Assembly (NCBI RefSeq): GCF_006345805.1 | Contig: NC_043004.1 | Span: forward strand, 77,934,001 to 77,998,000 | Source of the DNA: Octopus sinensis | Taxonomy: Eukaryota | Reading direction: 5' to 3' | DNA: 64,000 nt | Part shown: piece by piece, positions 12,530 through 25,568 of the stretch | Position numbering within the stretch: position 1 is the first letter of the stretch | Layout of the letters: each line of letters opens with the position of its first letter | Translations under genes and position numbers: made by a program | The notes under the pieces: model-generated | Seen by the model: only the letters and a program-made list of their open reading frames with translations | Databases searched by the model: none | What the model was told of the DNA's origin: nothing

Positions 12530-12540
12530 CTGGTGACTGT
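12530..12540 (-). CDS. Candidate 11-nt microexon after the NIV exon
   Basis: gctgctctcatgcttttcctgtgtatttag|ACAGTCACCAG|gtaagt; consensus donor, 165 nt downstream of the previous donor; gives V-Q-S-P. Confidence 0.5.
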
Positions 12541-12705
12541 CTAAATACACAGGAAAAGCATGAGAGCAGCCAGAGACTCACTCAACCAAAATAAGAATCT
12601 CATATGTAAATACAAGCATGGATGAATATATGTGCACATTTATCGCAGAGAATATATTTACAAAGGCAAAGAATTTGATTAATATGAAACTGAAGAAACA
12701 CTTAC

Positions 12706-12833
12706 ACAATATTTGTTAAATCAATTCGGTTTTCTGGAACGTCAGAAAAAGTAGGAATTTTATGATTTGGTTTGCTTGGTACACAGCGGAATGACTTTTT
12801 CAATGAATGACCAATCTGTTTTGCTGGAGATTT
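12706..12833 (-). CDS. Dyb: Dystrobrevin post-ZZ linker exon, 128 nt, phase 0 to 2
   Basis: gttttgtag|AAA TCT CCA GCA AAA ... AAT ATT GT|gtaagt; KSPAKQIGHSLKKSFRCVPSKPNHKIPTFSDVPENRIDLTNIV, matching vertebrate KSPAKKLTNALSKSLSC...PEKPLNLAHIV. Confidence 0.93.
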
Positions 12834-12845
12834 CTACAAAACACA

Positions 12846-12893
<48 letters not shown>

Positions 12894-13706
12894 CGATCAC
12901 GTTCTGATAAATACAGTTTCTGCGATAAGAAAAACTAGTGTAAAATATTTTCAGGTAGGCAGAGATAAGCTTTTTATCAGGGGGGATTTCGCTGATAAAA
13001 CTTCTATAAATAAATAAATAAATCACGTTGTAATTTTCAAAATCTACCATTCGTCAAATTTATCAATAAAATCCCTCACATTTAAAACCAGATGGAATTT
13101 TTTTTCCCCCGCTGAAAGTCAAGATAAACTAATTACGAAGGAAAGTTAAGGAAAAGCTTATCAATTTTATTTTTGTTACTATTTTCTGTCGGTAAAGATA
13201 TGTGTTGGAATGTAATATAGGTTTCAAATATTTAGCACATGGCCAGCAAGTTTGGCGGAGAGTTAAGTCGATTACACTGACCCCACAAAAGGATGAAACA
13301 CAAAGTCCACCTTGGCAGGATTAGAACTCAGAATGTAAAGATGGATGAGATACCATTAGGCATTTAGCCTAGCTTGCTGACAGTCCTAAGATTACTGCCT
13401 TAGGTTAGAATATAATAACAGAAAAAATATTCCAGATCTGTATATTTTATGTCTGTTTTTCCATGTCAGCATGGCTTAGATGATTTTATTATTGAGGCAT
13501 TATTTTACAGCCAAACATCCTTCCTGTCACTAACCCTTACCTGTTTTTCAAGTAGGGGATTTGTTATCCCACTTGTATGAGAAAGAATGAAGTGAGTGCA
13601 GGATTTGCTGACAGAAGACAACAATAACAACAATATGGCTCATAGGTCATGACTTTAGTTGAAAACAAATGTAAATTATCACACACACACATATGCGTGT
13701 GCTCTC

Positions 13707-13819
<113 letters not shown>

Positions 13820-14538
13820 GGGTTCTGAAAGGGGTCTCAGAGGGTAGCGTCCCTGCCTTCCTGAGCACATTTCTTAAAAATTGTGCTAGAGGCTTTGGTT
13901 TTGGGATCACTCATGTCTAGAAACTGAGGTTGGTGGGTAAGCAAGGCCATGCTGCTCCTAGAAAATCCAGTTAAAAAAAAGCCTCATGATAGCAAAGGAG
14001 AATGGGTACCAGCTAGCTCAAAGGTTGGGGGTGGGCTGCATCTGCCTACCTCTGTTGCTATGGCAATCAGGTAGATCCAGCCACCCCAGTTAACAGGGAC
14101 AAAACCTGGATTTAAAACTGGATGATGATGATAATGATGATATATATATATATATGTAAGTATGCTTATATATATATATGTGTGTGTGTGTGTAGGTGTG
14201 CTTATATATATTTATATATTTTTCCATGCTTGCATGGGTCAGATGGAATTTGCTGAGGATTATCATCATCACCACCACCACTACCATTTAATGTCTGTCT
14301 TCCATGCTGGCATGGCTCAACAGCATCTATGAAGCCAGAAAACTGCACACTGAGTTCCGTCTGCTGTGGTAAGGTCTCTATGGTTGGATGTTCTTCCTAA
14401 TGCCAACCATTTTGCAGAGGGCATTGGGTGCATTTTATGTGGCACCAGCACTAATGAAGTCAGTAATAAACTTGCAACTGAGTTGTGGGTACAGAGTTAA
14501 GGGGGTGAGTGGCTTTAGGCCAAGTATTGAAAGACTAA

Positions 14539-14590
<52 letters not shown>

Positions 14591-16274
14591 ACAGGAGGTG
14601 TTGCTGTAGAAGATATTCATGGCTACCCAAAGCGGAATGGCAGAAAGGATGGTGATGAGGAGTCAAGGCACCCAAAAAGCAAAGTTCAAGAAGGTGAACA
14701 TAAGAGAGAAAAGACGTAGAGAATTGAGGGTGACTGGGTGAGTTCAGTTGACTGGTGCCTTCCAGTTTTTGCCAACCAAATCCATGCTCAAAGCTTTGGT
14801 CAGTCAGAGGTGCCATGTAGTGGGATGGAACCCAGAACCATATGATTAGAAATAAACTTCTACACATCCATGCCTGCACCTATATATATATATATATATA
14901 AATATATATATATATTCCAACCCATGCTAGCATGGAAAATGGATGTTAAACAATGATGGTGATGATGATGATGATGATGACACACACACACACATACACA
15001 CACAAATTGGAGCCTGGTGCAGCTTCCTGTCTTGCCAGTCCTCAGTCAAACCGTCCAACCCATGCCAGCATGGAAAGTGGATGTTAAACGATGATGATGG
15101 TGATGATGATGACACACACATACATACACACACCTAATGGATTGTTTCAGTTCTCATTTGCCAGTTTCAGTGATGAGGATTGGGGAGGCACAGGGTTACC
15201 GTAGAGGACACTTGCCCAAGGTGCTGTGCAGTGGGATTGAAACTGAAACCACATAGTTGGGAAGCAAACTTCTTAATCATACAACCATGCCAACACTTAA
15301 AAACAAACCCCCCAAAAAACATGCAATTTAAGAGCCGAGAAAGCAGGAAGTTAGGTTTTTCTTTTTCTTTTAAGGTTTTCTTGTGATGTAATTGAAGAGA
15401 ATTGAAATTGGTTGCAGGACAAGAAAATAATATGACTTCTGATAGAATCACTTATGTGATTGTATCAGAAGTGTTTGCAGTAATAGTTTAACATCACTAT
15501 TCAAACCCATACACCTGATACAGTTGTAGCAGCAGCAGCACTAGTAGCAGTAGTAGAAGTAATTTAGTAGTAGTAGCAGCAACAGCAGCCGTAGTAGTAG
15601 TAGTAGTAGCAGCAGCAGCACTAGTAACAGTAGTAGTAGTAACAGTAGCAGAAGTAATTTAGTAGTAGTAGTAGTTTTATTGACATCTAACACCATTTTC
15701 AGTTTCTTACAACAAACCACTTTATTTAAATCCATTTTTGACTCTGATTTCTTTTGTTTTTTTAATTTTTTATTTATTTATTTTTTGCTGTTTTCTCACT
15801 TTCAGCTGATCAATTGTTGAAATATTTCCTAAATTCCTCATTTGTCTTCGTATTCTGGCATTATTCGAAAAGAAACACCAGTCTTTATACATTTCAGGGG
15901 GGACCTAACTACAAAATACAACAGTCACCATTAACGAGTTTCATTTCCAGATAGTTACATTTTTTCGGGGTCGTGGTGGTCGTGGGACAGGGGTGGTCAC
16001 GGGATGGTGGTGGTGTTGGGGGTGGGGTGGGTTAAGGATCGTCCATTTTAGGTTTCAATTCACAAGTATTTCAAGCGTTAGGAAGGAAGGACGTCTGGCC
16101 ATAGAAATCATGCCGAAATAGCCATCACTGCATGCTAACATGGAAGACGGATGTTAGATGATGATGATGATGATGGTGATGATGACCCAATTTTTGTTTG
16201 TTTGTTAGCTTGCACTGTTACAGAGACAGAGAGTTATGTAACAGATAATATTAAACATACAACAAAGAAAACCG

Positions 16275-16592
16275 ACACGCTCCATTAGTTACGACAACAA
16301 GGGTTCCTGTTGATTTGCTCAACCAAACAGCCTGTTGGTGAAATTAACATGCAAGTGACTGAGCACTCCACAGACACGCGTACCCTTAGCATAGTTCTCA
16401 GGGAGATTCAGCATGACACAGAATGTGACAAGATTGGCCCCTTTGAAATTACAGGTACAACTCATTTTTGCCAGCTGAGTGGACTGGAGCAACGTGAAAT
16501 AAAGTGTCTTGCTCAAGGACACAGTGGGTCACCAGGAATCGAACTCACAACCTTATGATTGAGTTGAGCACCCTAATGACTAAGCCATGCAC
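16275..16592 (-). mobile_element. tRNA-derived SINE, family D
   Basis: Reverse complement of 18953-19270 (A box ggcttagt, B box gagttcgattcc, core tccttgagcaagacactt). Confidence 0.8.
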
Positions 16593-16837
16593 TTTTGAAA
16601 CACACGCAAACACTCACAGGATGCGAGGCAGAAAAACCTCCCATATTTCTGATGGTCAATGGTGTGGCACTGGAGAAGTTAGGCAGATAAGAATGGTGTC
16701 TTCATATTGCTAAAGGTTTACCATTTTCGTTTCCAGTTACCATTATGGCTTTAAACCAGCATGAAAAAAGCATTTGCTGTTAAAATGTTTATCAAGAATG
16801 GAGATTCTGAAGTTATGGGAGGCACTGCACCCTATAA

Positions 16838-17212
16838 TCTTTTATTGTTTGCTTGTTTCAGTCATTAGACTGTGGCCATGCTGGGGCATCACTTCGAAGA
16901 ATTTTTAGTCAAATAAATCGACCCCAGTACTTAATTTTTTAAAAACCTGAGAATTATTCTATCAGTCTCTTTTGCCAAACCACTAAGTTACGAGGACTTA
17001 AACACACCAACATCAGTTGTCAAGCAGTGGCGGCAGACAAAGATACACACACACACATATAGTGGGATTCATTCAATTTCCATCTACCAAATCCATTGCA
17101 AAAGCTTTGATTGGTCTGAGGCTATAGTAGAAGACATTCGCCCAAAGTTCCACACATTGGAACTGAACCCAGAACCATGTTGTTGGGAAGAAGACTTGTT
17201 GCCACACATGCA
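16838..17212 (-). mobile_element. tRNA-derived SINE, family B
   Basis: Reverse complement of 23374-23750. Confidence 0.8.
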
Positions 17213-17269
17213 CCTGTATATAATATAATGCAGTATATTATGTATGATCTTGTATTGATAATCTCAGAA

Positions 17270-17620
17270 AACCAGCGTCACCTTACTGGCACTTGTGCTC
17301 GTGCTAGTAGGGTGCCAAGAGCACCATTCGAGCATGATCGTTACCAACGTCGCCTTACTGGCACCTGAGCTGGTGGCATGTGTAAAAAGATTCGAGTGAG
17401 GTCATTGCCAGTACCGCCTGATTAGCCCCCATGCCGGTGGCACGTAAAAAGCATCCACTACACTCTCGGAGTGGTTGGCATTAGGAAGGGCATCCAGCTG
17501 TAGAAACTCTGCCAAATCAAGATTGGAGCCTGGTGCAGCCATCTGGTTCACCAGCCCTCAGTTATTTGTCTAACCTATGCTAGCATGGAAAGCGGACGTT
17601 AAACGATGATGATGATGATA
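17270..17620 (+). mobile_element. SINE-like family C copy
   Basis: Same body and (GAT)n tail as 6340-6688. Confidence 0.8.
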
Positions 17621-18867
17621 ATCAATGGAAATAGAGGAGATAAAGGTGTTGTCCAGGTGAGCAACAGTGACACAGTAAGGTAAAGCATACACGATGAAAA
17701 ATATGTTGCTTTTTCAGGAAGAGAAAGGAAACCTGTTTGACTCAGAGTCTCACACATGACTCCACCATTTGACAAAAAAGCCTAAAAATTACACTTTCTA
17801 CTGCATATTTAATATACAAACTGTTATTTATGTCTTTACCCCTGCGCACGATCTGTCCCTGCCAGATCTCTCCCCACCCCCAACAACACATCTTCCTAAC
17901 ATCCCCTCTTCCACCTGTGTTCATCACTCACTACCTTCCCCTCCCCCCGATCTCCCACTCTCCTCCCCCACCCTCCCACTCATCCCATCCACTCCTCTTC
18001 ACCATTTCATTTATACCCTCCTCCCTGGAACTTCAGGGTAGGTCCCAACATATCATCTTCACCACCATCGCTCTCTCTCTTTCTCCTACTGAGGGAGCTA
18101 TGGATCTCCTCTACTGCAAGACCCCTATTTCTGACCCCATTCCTCTCTTCTCATCTCACCTGGCACAAAGTCTCTCACCCACCCCACACTCAATTCCCTC
18201 CCCACCCCTCAGTCGAGGTGGATGTTTGTCCTGCCAATTACCTTGCAGCTGCTGTGCCATGAAGAAAGCCTAGCATTGCTCTGTGAAGTGACCGATGTTA
18301 GGAAGGGCAGGTGGCCGTAGAAACCACGCCAAAGCAGACCTCACTGCAGTACAATGCAGTCTTTTGGTTTGCCAGTTCCTGTCAAACCATTCAACCGATG
18401 CCAGCACTGATGATGGATATATGATGATGGTGATGATGATGATGATATACATACTACAGCATACGTAATGTACACATACTAAAAACCAAATAATAGCTAG
18501 TTTGGACATTACATATGTATACAGTGTGTGTGTGCGTGTGTGTGTGTGCGTGGGTGTGTGTGCATGTGAATATATTTATATTAATCTTATTACATTCTGG
18601 ATGCATTACCATACTACACACACACACACAATTGAAAAACAATTCAGCATAAATGAAATCATCATCATCATCATTTAACGTCCGCTTTCCATGCTAGCAT
18701 GGGTGTTTTTTACGTGCCACTGGCACAGGTGTCAGGGGAGGCTGGCAACGGCCATGATCGATTGGTGCTTTTTACATGCCACCAGCACGGAGGCTTGTCG
18801 AGGCGGTGCTGGCAACGGCCACATTCGGATGGATCTTTTTACGTGCCATATAAATGAATTCATATAT

Positions 18868-18930
<63 letters not shown>

Positions 18931-18952
18931 GGATTATACATATATATAGTGA

Positions 18953-19270
18953 AGGCACGTGACTTAGTGGTTAGGGCATTTGGTTGATGATCATGTCGTG
19001 AGTTCAATTCCCAGCAATGAGTTGTATCCTTGAGCGAGACACTTTATATCCCATTGCCCCAGTCCACTCAGCTGGCAAAACTGAGTAGTACCTGTAATTC
19101 AAAGGGGCCAGCATTGTCACATTCTGTGTAACAGTGAATCTCTCTGAGAACTACGTTCAGGGTGCATGCATCTGTGGAGTGCTCAGCCACTTGCACATTA
19201 ATTTCATGAGCAGGCTGTTCCATTGATCGTATCAGCTGGGACCCTCATTGTCGTAACTGACGGAGCGCTC
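18953..19270 (+). mobile_element. tRNA-derived SINE, family D
   Basis: ggcacgtgacttagtggttaggg (A box) ... gagttcaattcc (B box), then tccttgagcgagacactt core; at least four copies in the window. Confidence 0.82.
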
Positions 19271-21452
19271 CTATATGTATATGTATATATAATGTGCCAT
19301 ACATGTATTAGGCCCAGTATGTGTCTGATAAAGTAATATAGTTTAGCTTGCAGCACAGACAAGCATACACACACACACATACACACACATATATACACAT
19401 ATAAACATATGTACATATACAATGCACATTGATATATATATATATATATTAAAATGTACAGACATATACATTTATATATATATATTTACATGTATACACA
19501 CACATATATACGGTTATATCATCATCATCGTTAAACATCCGCTTTCCATGCTAGCATGGGTTGGACGTATGACTGAAGGCTGGCGAACCAGATGGCTGCA
19601 CCAGGCTTCTGATTCACCAGATATATACATATACATATATATCTATATCTATCTATATATATATATATATAATACATATACATACACACACATATATACA
19701 TTTATATATATTATATATATATATATGTATGTATATTAACAGACACATACATATATGTACACATATATACACACACTGATATACATATGTATACACACAT
19801 ATGCGCACACACTTATATACATACGTATACACACATATACACACCCACACACAAATCGAAACAAGATAAGGTGATAAGAGTAAGAAAGATAAGAACCAAA
19901 AACTAAGCGAAGTCCTCAAGTAATCAACTGTATCACTTCCTGGCCATCATCACCATCATCATCATCGTCATCATCTCCATCATCATCGGTCGTCGTCATC
20001 ATCATCATAATCATCACCATCACCACCAACAGTATCACATATGTAGTTTTTTCAGATTAGATACAAAATCTTATTTCCTATTTCTGTTTTTACAATTTAA
20101 GAGCTTTTTATATTTTTTTATTTTATTCTGGAATTTTAAAATTTTTGTAATATTGCAATTTTGCTAATCTTTTTTCCTATGATTTACATGAAAGCACTGA
20201 AAATGGGGGTTGATTTGGGGAGAGGGGGCAAAGGGTTCTTTCCACCCTTCATTTCAATGCATTTAGACAAGGGAGCCTTTAGATAGTAATTCAAACTGCT
20301 CGAAATAGCAGTAAAATCTCTCATAAATTACAAAAGTAAAAAGCTCTCAAAAGTGCTGAACAGCAGAAGGCCTTCAAAGACTCAGTCAAGTGTTTTGGTC
20401 CTTAACTTCCTGCACTCTAAGTCATGACTTGTTGCACATTTAAACCAAATGGAGATTTGACAATATGGACCTCCTCTCCACTGCCTCTGCTTTCAAATTG
20501 ATCTTTCTTGGGTTTGGAAATGATGTTGGTAGTCATAGAGAAAAGCAAACAGTAGACTGACCCTAAAATTGGTGGCATTGGTTATCTGGGAATAACCTAT
20601 GCTTGAAGGTAGATTGCTCATGAGTGTAATATTATTCCTCACAGGTATACCCAACCATTGTTGACCTGGAACTCAACAAGAACAATAATCCATCATTTGT
20701 TATTTTATTGTTTCAGTCAGATCTTTGTGGTTCTGTAGAGAAAATGGAAAGTTCCCAAAACTAAAATGGTCCTATTTAATGTTGTCAGATATTACTGGAA
20801 ACATAGAAGACAGCTTTCACAAAAATAACTGTAATTATAGGCTAAACTCTTTTGGTACCATATTTCTTTTGAAATATACTGTATTTCTCTCAATAAATTT
20901 TGAAAATAATGAAGAATTTAACAAGAATAATTTTGCCATTATTAAGCGGGTGACTGAAACATAAACCTACATGAAATCTTGAAGAACAGTTTTAATTTGG
21001 ATCACATTGAAACAGGGTGTTTGCTTTGTAGAACCAGGGGTAGTAGTCTTAGGATTTGGCTGCTGTTTAGGACATAAATTAACAAGAAATTAGGAAGGAA
21101 CATTTTAATTTAGAGCACTTTAAAATAGGAAATATGCCTGGCAGCTTGGAACCAAAATAGTTAAGCTGATATTGGGAACTTGAAATTTTTGAGGAAAGTT
21201 TTAAATTCAACACTTGCATCATAAAATCTGGGTCAGTCCCGGTTGGATTGGCATTGAAACAGTTGGGTGAGTGTTTGGAATGTAACACAAAATTTTGAAG
21301 GGAAGTTCTAATTTAAATTATTTTAAATCATCAAATTTGTATCCTAGGACCAGAAACAATCTCAGACAGGTTGGTAGAGTGAAAAAACAAAAAGTTTATA
21401 ATGCGTGAAATTAATTCAATACTACAGTTCTATATTTAAGAGATTAGGAATT

Positions 21453-21595
21453 ATGTACATTATTTACATTCGATTGATATTTGTCCTCATCTTGTTTGTT
21501 AACATGTTTCGGCTGATATACCCTCCAGTCTTCTTCAGGTGTCTTGGAGAAATTTTGAACCTGGGTTCTCATTCCTAAGATATTTTTCAGTGTTG

Positions 21596-21633
<38 letters not shown>

Positions 21634-21879
21634 GTTAGTGTTCAGGCTACTGCTTGGAATCGAACTCTGAGCCTGCGCTCTTAACCACTACGCCATATGC
21701 CAGTGGGCAAATAACAACAAAAAATACCTTAATAACATCAAAAAGTACCTTAGGAATGAGAACCCAGGTTTGAAATTTCCCCAAGACACCTGAAGAAGGC
21801 TGGAGGGTATATCAGCCGAAATGTTGTGTTAACAACAAACAAGATGAGGACAAATATCCGTTGAATATAAATAATGTAA
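21453..21879. mobile_element. Head-to-head inverted element: two hammerhead-bearing arms around a tRNA-like head
   Basis: 21453-21590 is the reverse complement of 21733-21879; the central 21641-21701 reads on the minus strand TGGCGTAGTGG..GAGTTCGATTCC. Confidence 0.75.
21785..21830 (+). ncRNA. Minimal type I hammerhead-ribozyme-like motif
   Basis: Stem I GACAC/GTGTT, core CTGAAGA, stem II GGCTG/CAGCC, GAAA, then tGTT (CpG-decayed GAAACGTT). Confidence 0.6.
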
Positions 21880-22116
21880 ATTCAATAATGTTGTGATTAA
21901 TGAACAGTGTCATATGAATTTATTTTAAATACAAAGCATGTAATATTTGCATTATCACGTTCTACAAAAAATATGTTTATATTGATCTATACACATTCTA
22001 CAAAAGTATATATATATATGTATATATATATTTGTGTTGATCTATATATATATTCTACAAAGCCAGCTAATCATTTTTATACCAACATAAGAACATGCAA
22101 CTAACAGAGAAAAACT

Positions 22117-22212
22117 ACACACACACACACACACACACATATATATGTATATATATATATATATATATGTGTATATATATATATGTATATATATATTATA
22201 TATATGTATATA

Positions 22213-22249
<37 letters not shown>

Positions 22250-22401
22250 GTATATATATATGTATATGTATATATATATATGTATATGTATATATGTATG
22301 TGTATATATTTATGTATATATATATATTTATGTATATATATTTATGTATATATATATATGTATATATATTTATGTATATATATATATGTTATATATATAT
22401 T

Positions 22402-22441
<40 letters not shown>
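22117..22441. repeat. Long compound (CA)n/(TA)n/(TATG)n microsatellite
   Basis: Seen directly; explains the YIYI ORFs. Similar tracts at 13708-13811, 19620-19850 and 35615-36060. Confidence 0.95.
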
Positions 22442-22445
<4 letters not shown>

Positions 22446-22658
22446 CTTTGGAAATATTATAGACACAAGATGTTATATGGAAGATTTCAGATGCATAAAT
22501 ACGAAGAAAAATAAAAGTCAGACAGGCATTAGTTGTGAATGTTGTTACTTATGAGCTACTATTTATAAGACTAGAGGAGTTTAGTAACTACTATTTACTA
22601 TGTTGTAGTTAATTTTACAAGTTCAAAAACAAGAAACAAAGTCTAAGGTGTAACTTAC

Positions 22659-22667
22659 TGTGCTTCC
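22659..22667 (-). CDS. Candidate 9-nt dystrobrevin microexon (Gly-Ser-Thr)
   Basis: ttttgtctctttatttttgactccgacag|GGA AGC ACA|gtaagt; frame-preserving in the phase-0 intron between the ZZ and KSPAK exons. Inferred from splice signals only. Confidence 0.55.
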
Positions 22668-23373
22668 CTGTCGGAGTCAAAAATAAAGAGACAAAATGTG
22701 AAAATGGATTTTAAATGGATTTAAATGACATTCTTAGCTTTGAACATTATATTTCTCAAAATAAATGCAAAGATGTTATTTTGTTTAGATATTTTTGGTC
22801 GTCCATGACTAGTAAAACTGAAATTGATTTCTAAATGTATTAAGAAAAAGAGCACAGTCAAATACATATATCTATATATTTATATATGTGTATATATATA
22901 TATATATATTTGAGTATACACATGTATGTATGTGTTTAAAAATATATAATATGTCTAAGATAGCAATTATCTAGATTTAGTGATAGACACACAGACACAC
23001 ACTCATATTCAGTAATGCATGGCAGAAAAGCTTTCTGAATACTAAGAAGGATTTTTTTTCTTTTTTTTTTTAGTTGAGGGGAGATATTATCCGAGTAAAG
23101 AAACTGTGTCATGATATAGACACTGGGTTGTTTGTTATAAGAGAAATGTAAAGTGATAAGAGCACGGGGTAAGATAACACTATACGTAGCACACAATATC
23201 CAATCAAATGAAAACATTGTAAACAGACAGCCAACAGTGAAAACACTGATTTTCCAACTGCAGGTTAAAATATTTATCTCAAAGCACCCACCGCCACCAC
23301 CACGTTACCCACCCCCATCACACAGGTATTATTACAGCCAGGCTTTATCTGACCCATTACACAATACTTTATA

Positions 23374-23750
23374 GGCTGTGTGGTAAGTAGCTTGCTTACC
23401 AACCTCATGGTTCTGGGTTCAGTCCCACTGCGCGGCACCTTGGGCAAGTGTCTTCCACTATAGCCTCAGGCTGACCAAAGCCTTGTGAGTGGATTTGGTA
23501 GACGGAAACTGAAAGAAGCCTGTTGTGTGTGTGTGTGGGTGTGTATGTTTGTGTGTCTGTATTTGTCCCCAACATTGCTTGACAACGAATGCTGGTGTGT
23601 TTACGTCCCCATAACTTAGCAGTTCAGTGAAAGAGACCGATAGAATAAGTACTAGGCTTACAAAGAATAAGTCATGGGGTCGATTTGTTTGACTAAAGGT
23701 GGTGCTCCAGCATGGCCACGGTCAAATGACTGAAACAAGTAAAAGAGTAA
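23374..23750 (+). mobile_element. tRNA-derived SINE, family B
   Basis: ggctgtgtggtaag..gggttcagtccc head, caccttgggcaagtgtctt core, internal (TG)n, tail atgactgaaacaagtaaaaga. Confidence 0.85.
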
Positions 23751-24519
23751 AAAAAACAGTGCCAACCAGGGAGCAGTTATATGGTTGCTTGACCTGGTAG
23801 AAATAGCAGCTAGGTCTCCCTCTATTTATACCCAACCAGAAATACAGGTATGTACATTTGTAGTTAAGATGTTCATATTCAATCAGACATTGAAATATAT
23901 ACGAGGCAGAAATTGTCTTGAGTGAAAAAAATATTCTTAGAGACACTCATCATCTAATGTCCATTTTCCGTGTTGGTATGGGTTGGAAAATATATAAAAA
24001 AAAATTTTTTAATGGACAGATCAATTGATTACATGCAGATTCCCTTGTTGGCTCATAGAAATCTTATCACACATACACACTTTTCATTTTTTTCACTTTT
24101 TAAGCCCACTTTGCTATGTTGGTATAAGTCAGACATGGGAATTCATAAAGGCATATTTTCTACAATCGGATGCTCTCCCTGGAGATGGCCCTCCTTGGAG
24201 ACAGCCCTCGCTAGTTTCCATGGCTGAACACAAAAGGTCAGGGAGTGGAACTGATTCAAGCAACTACGAAGGCCCAAACTCTTCTATGAATGGGTTGAAG
24301 CTTTGGTCCTATCTCACAAATCATTCATACACACAACCATCATTGATGTTATGAACCCTTTAGATGCTAACTTGCCCGAAACTATTCTTGCCCCTCTTTT
24401 TATGATGCTTCCTCTTTTCAAGTGACCTGAATTTCATGTTAATTTAGGTTCCAAACAGCAGTTTCATAATGGATGAAGATATTTTACTGAATTCTTCATT
24501 ATTTTCAAAATCAACTTAA

Positions 24520-24735
24520 CCCTTTTGATACCAACCCAGCTGAAACAAGCTCTGGCTCTGTAGTACAAATGTCTTGTTTTCAAAAGTTCTGAATTTAAAC
24601 CTTCCACCAAACTTTAGTTACAATTTATGTTCCTAACACTAGCTTAATAATAAAGTTATTCTACTAAATTCTTTATATTTCAAATTAATCGAAAGTAACA
24701 CAGAGCATCTCAAAATAAATATGGTAATGAAAGGG
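24520..24735. mobile_element. piggyBac-like MITE (TTAA target), nested in an older copy at 24355-24783
   Basis: TTAA|cccttttgatacc ... ggtaatgaaaggg|TTAA; relatives near 850, 20850-21380 and 58530-59660. Confidence 0.75.
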
Positions 24736-25401
24736 TTAAACAAAGGCAATGTATTTCAACAAATATGGGAACAAAAGGGTTAAAGTGATCTAAACTAAAA
24801 CTCTCAACCAGAATTTCATATCAGTTTATGTTCCAAACACCAGCTAAAAATAATGACAATGTTAGTTTACTAAATTCTTCATTATTTTTAAAATTAATTA
24901 AAACAGAAAGGTTTAATTACCACATTTGTTAGTGATGGTGTTATTGCAATAACAACTACCACTACTACTACTGCTACTAGTTACATCAGTGGGTATTAGC
25001 TAACACTTGCATTATAAGTAGACTAAGAAGTCTACAGCAGCATAAGAGTCTTTTGGTGGGGAAGTTTTATTTTTTTTTACTTGTTGAGTCAAGAGGAAGA
25101 ACAGATACCCATGGCCATTGCAGGATCTTGGAGACTGGTGAGATTGATGCCATTAGTGTCCAGTTGAAATACCAGCAGGAAAGTCATGAGCAGAGATGAG
25201 ATTCCAGGGGAATAATGTTCCGAGGTAGAAGGAATAAATGTCACAAAGTGTGAGAGATTTAAAAAAAAGGATGGGGAGAGGAAAAATTGAAATCAATTTG
25301 AAAGTTAAGCTGAGATGTGTCCAGCAAAAACTGGTCTCAAATAAACAGAAAATAAGAGGGATTGAAGTCAGATGGCAGGGTTAGTAGCTGTTAGTACTTA
25401 C

Positions 25402-25568
25402 GTAGGATAAATATTCCTTCATTTCATGAGAGTCTGTATGATTTCCTGATGTCCGACCTCTCCAGAAACAATCTTGACACAATTGGTAGTTATAGCATCG
25501 CTGACATTTATAGCGAAACCCCATAAATGATTCTCGGTTGCAACCCTCACACTGAACTGGGTGTACAG
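25402..25568 (-). CDS. Dyb: Dystrobrevin ZZ zinc-finger exon, 167 nt, phase 1 to 0
   Basis: cacccag|CT GTA CAC CCA ... TCC TAC|gtaagt; (A)VHPVQCEGCNRESFMGFRYKCQRCYNYQLCQDCFWRGRTSGNHTDSHEMKEYLSY. The Cys spacing and GFRY..C..C..YQLCQDCFW..HxMKEY motif are dystrobrevin-type. The phase joins the previous exon (G+CT=Ala). Confidence 0.96.

Noticed and set aside
21641-21701. tRNA gene
   Set aside because: A and B boxes are present but there is no full cloverleaf; it is a SINE-type head, like the other tRNA-like segments.
22095-22554. Long YIYI, THTH, LSLS and poly-I ORFs across the window
   Set aside because: Translations of microsatellites.
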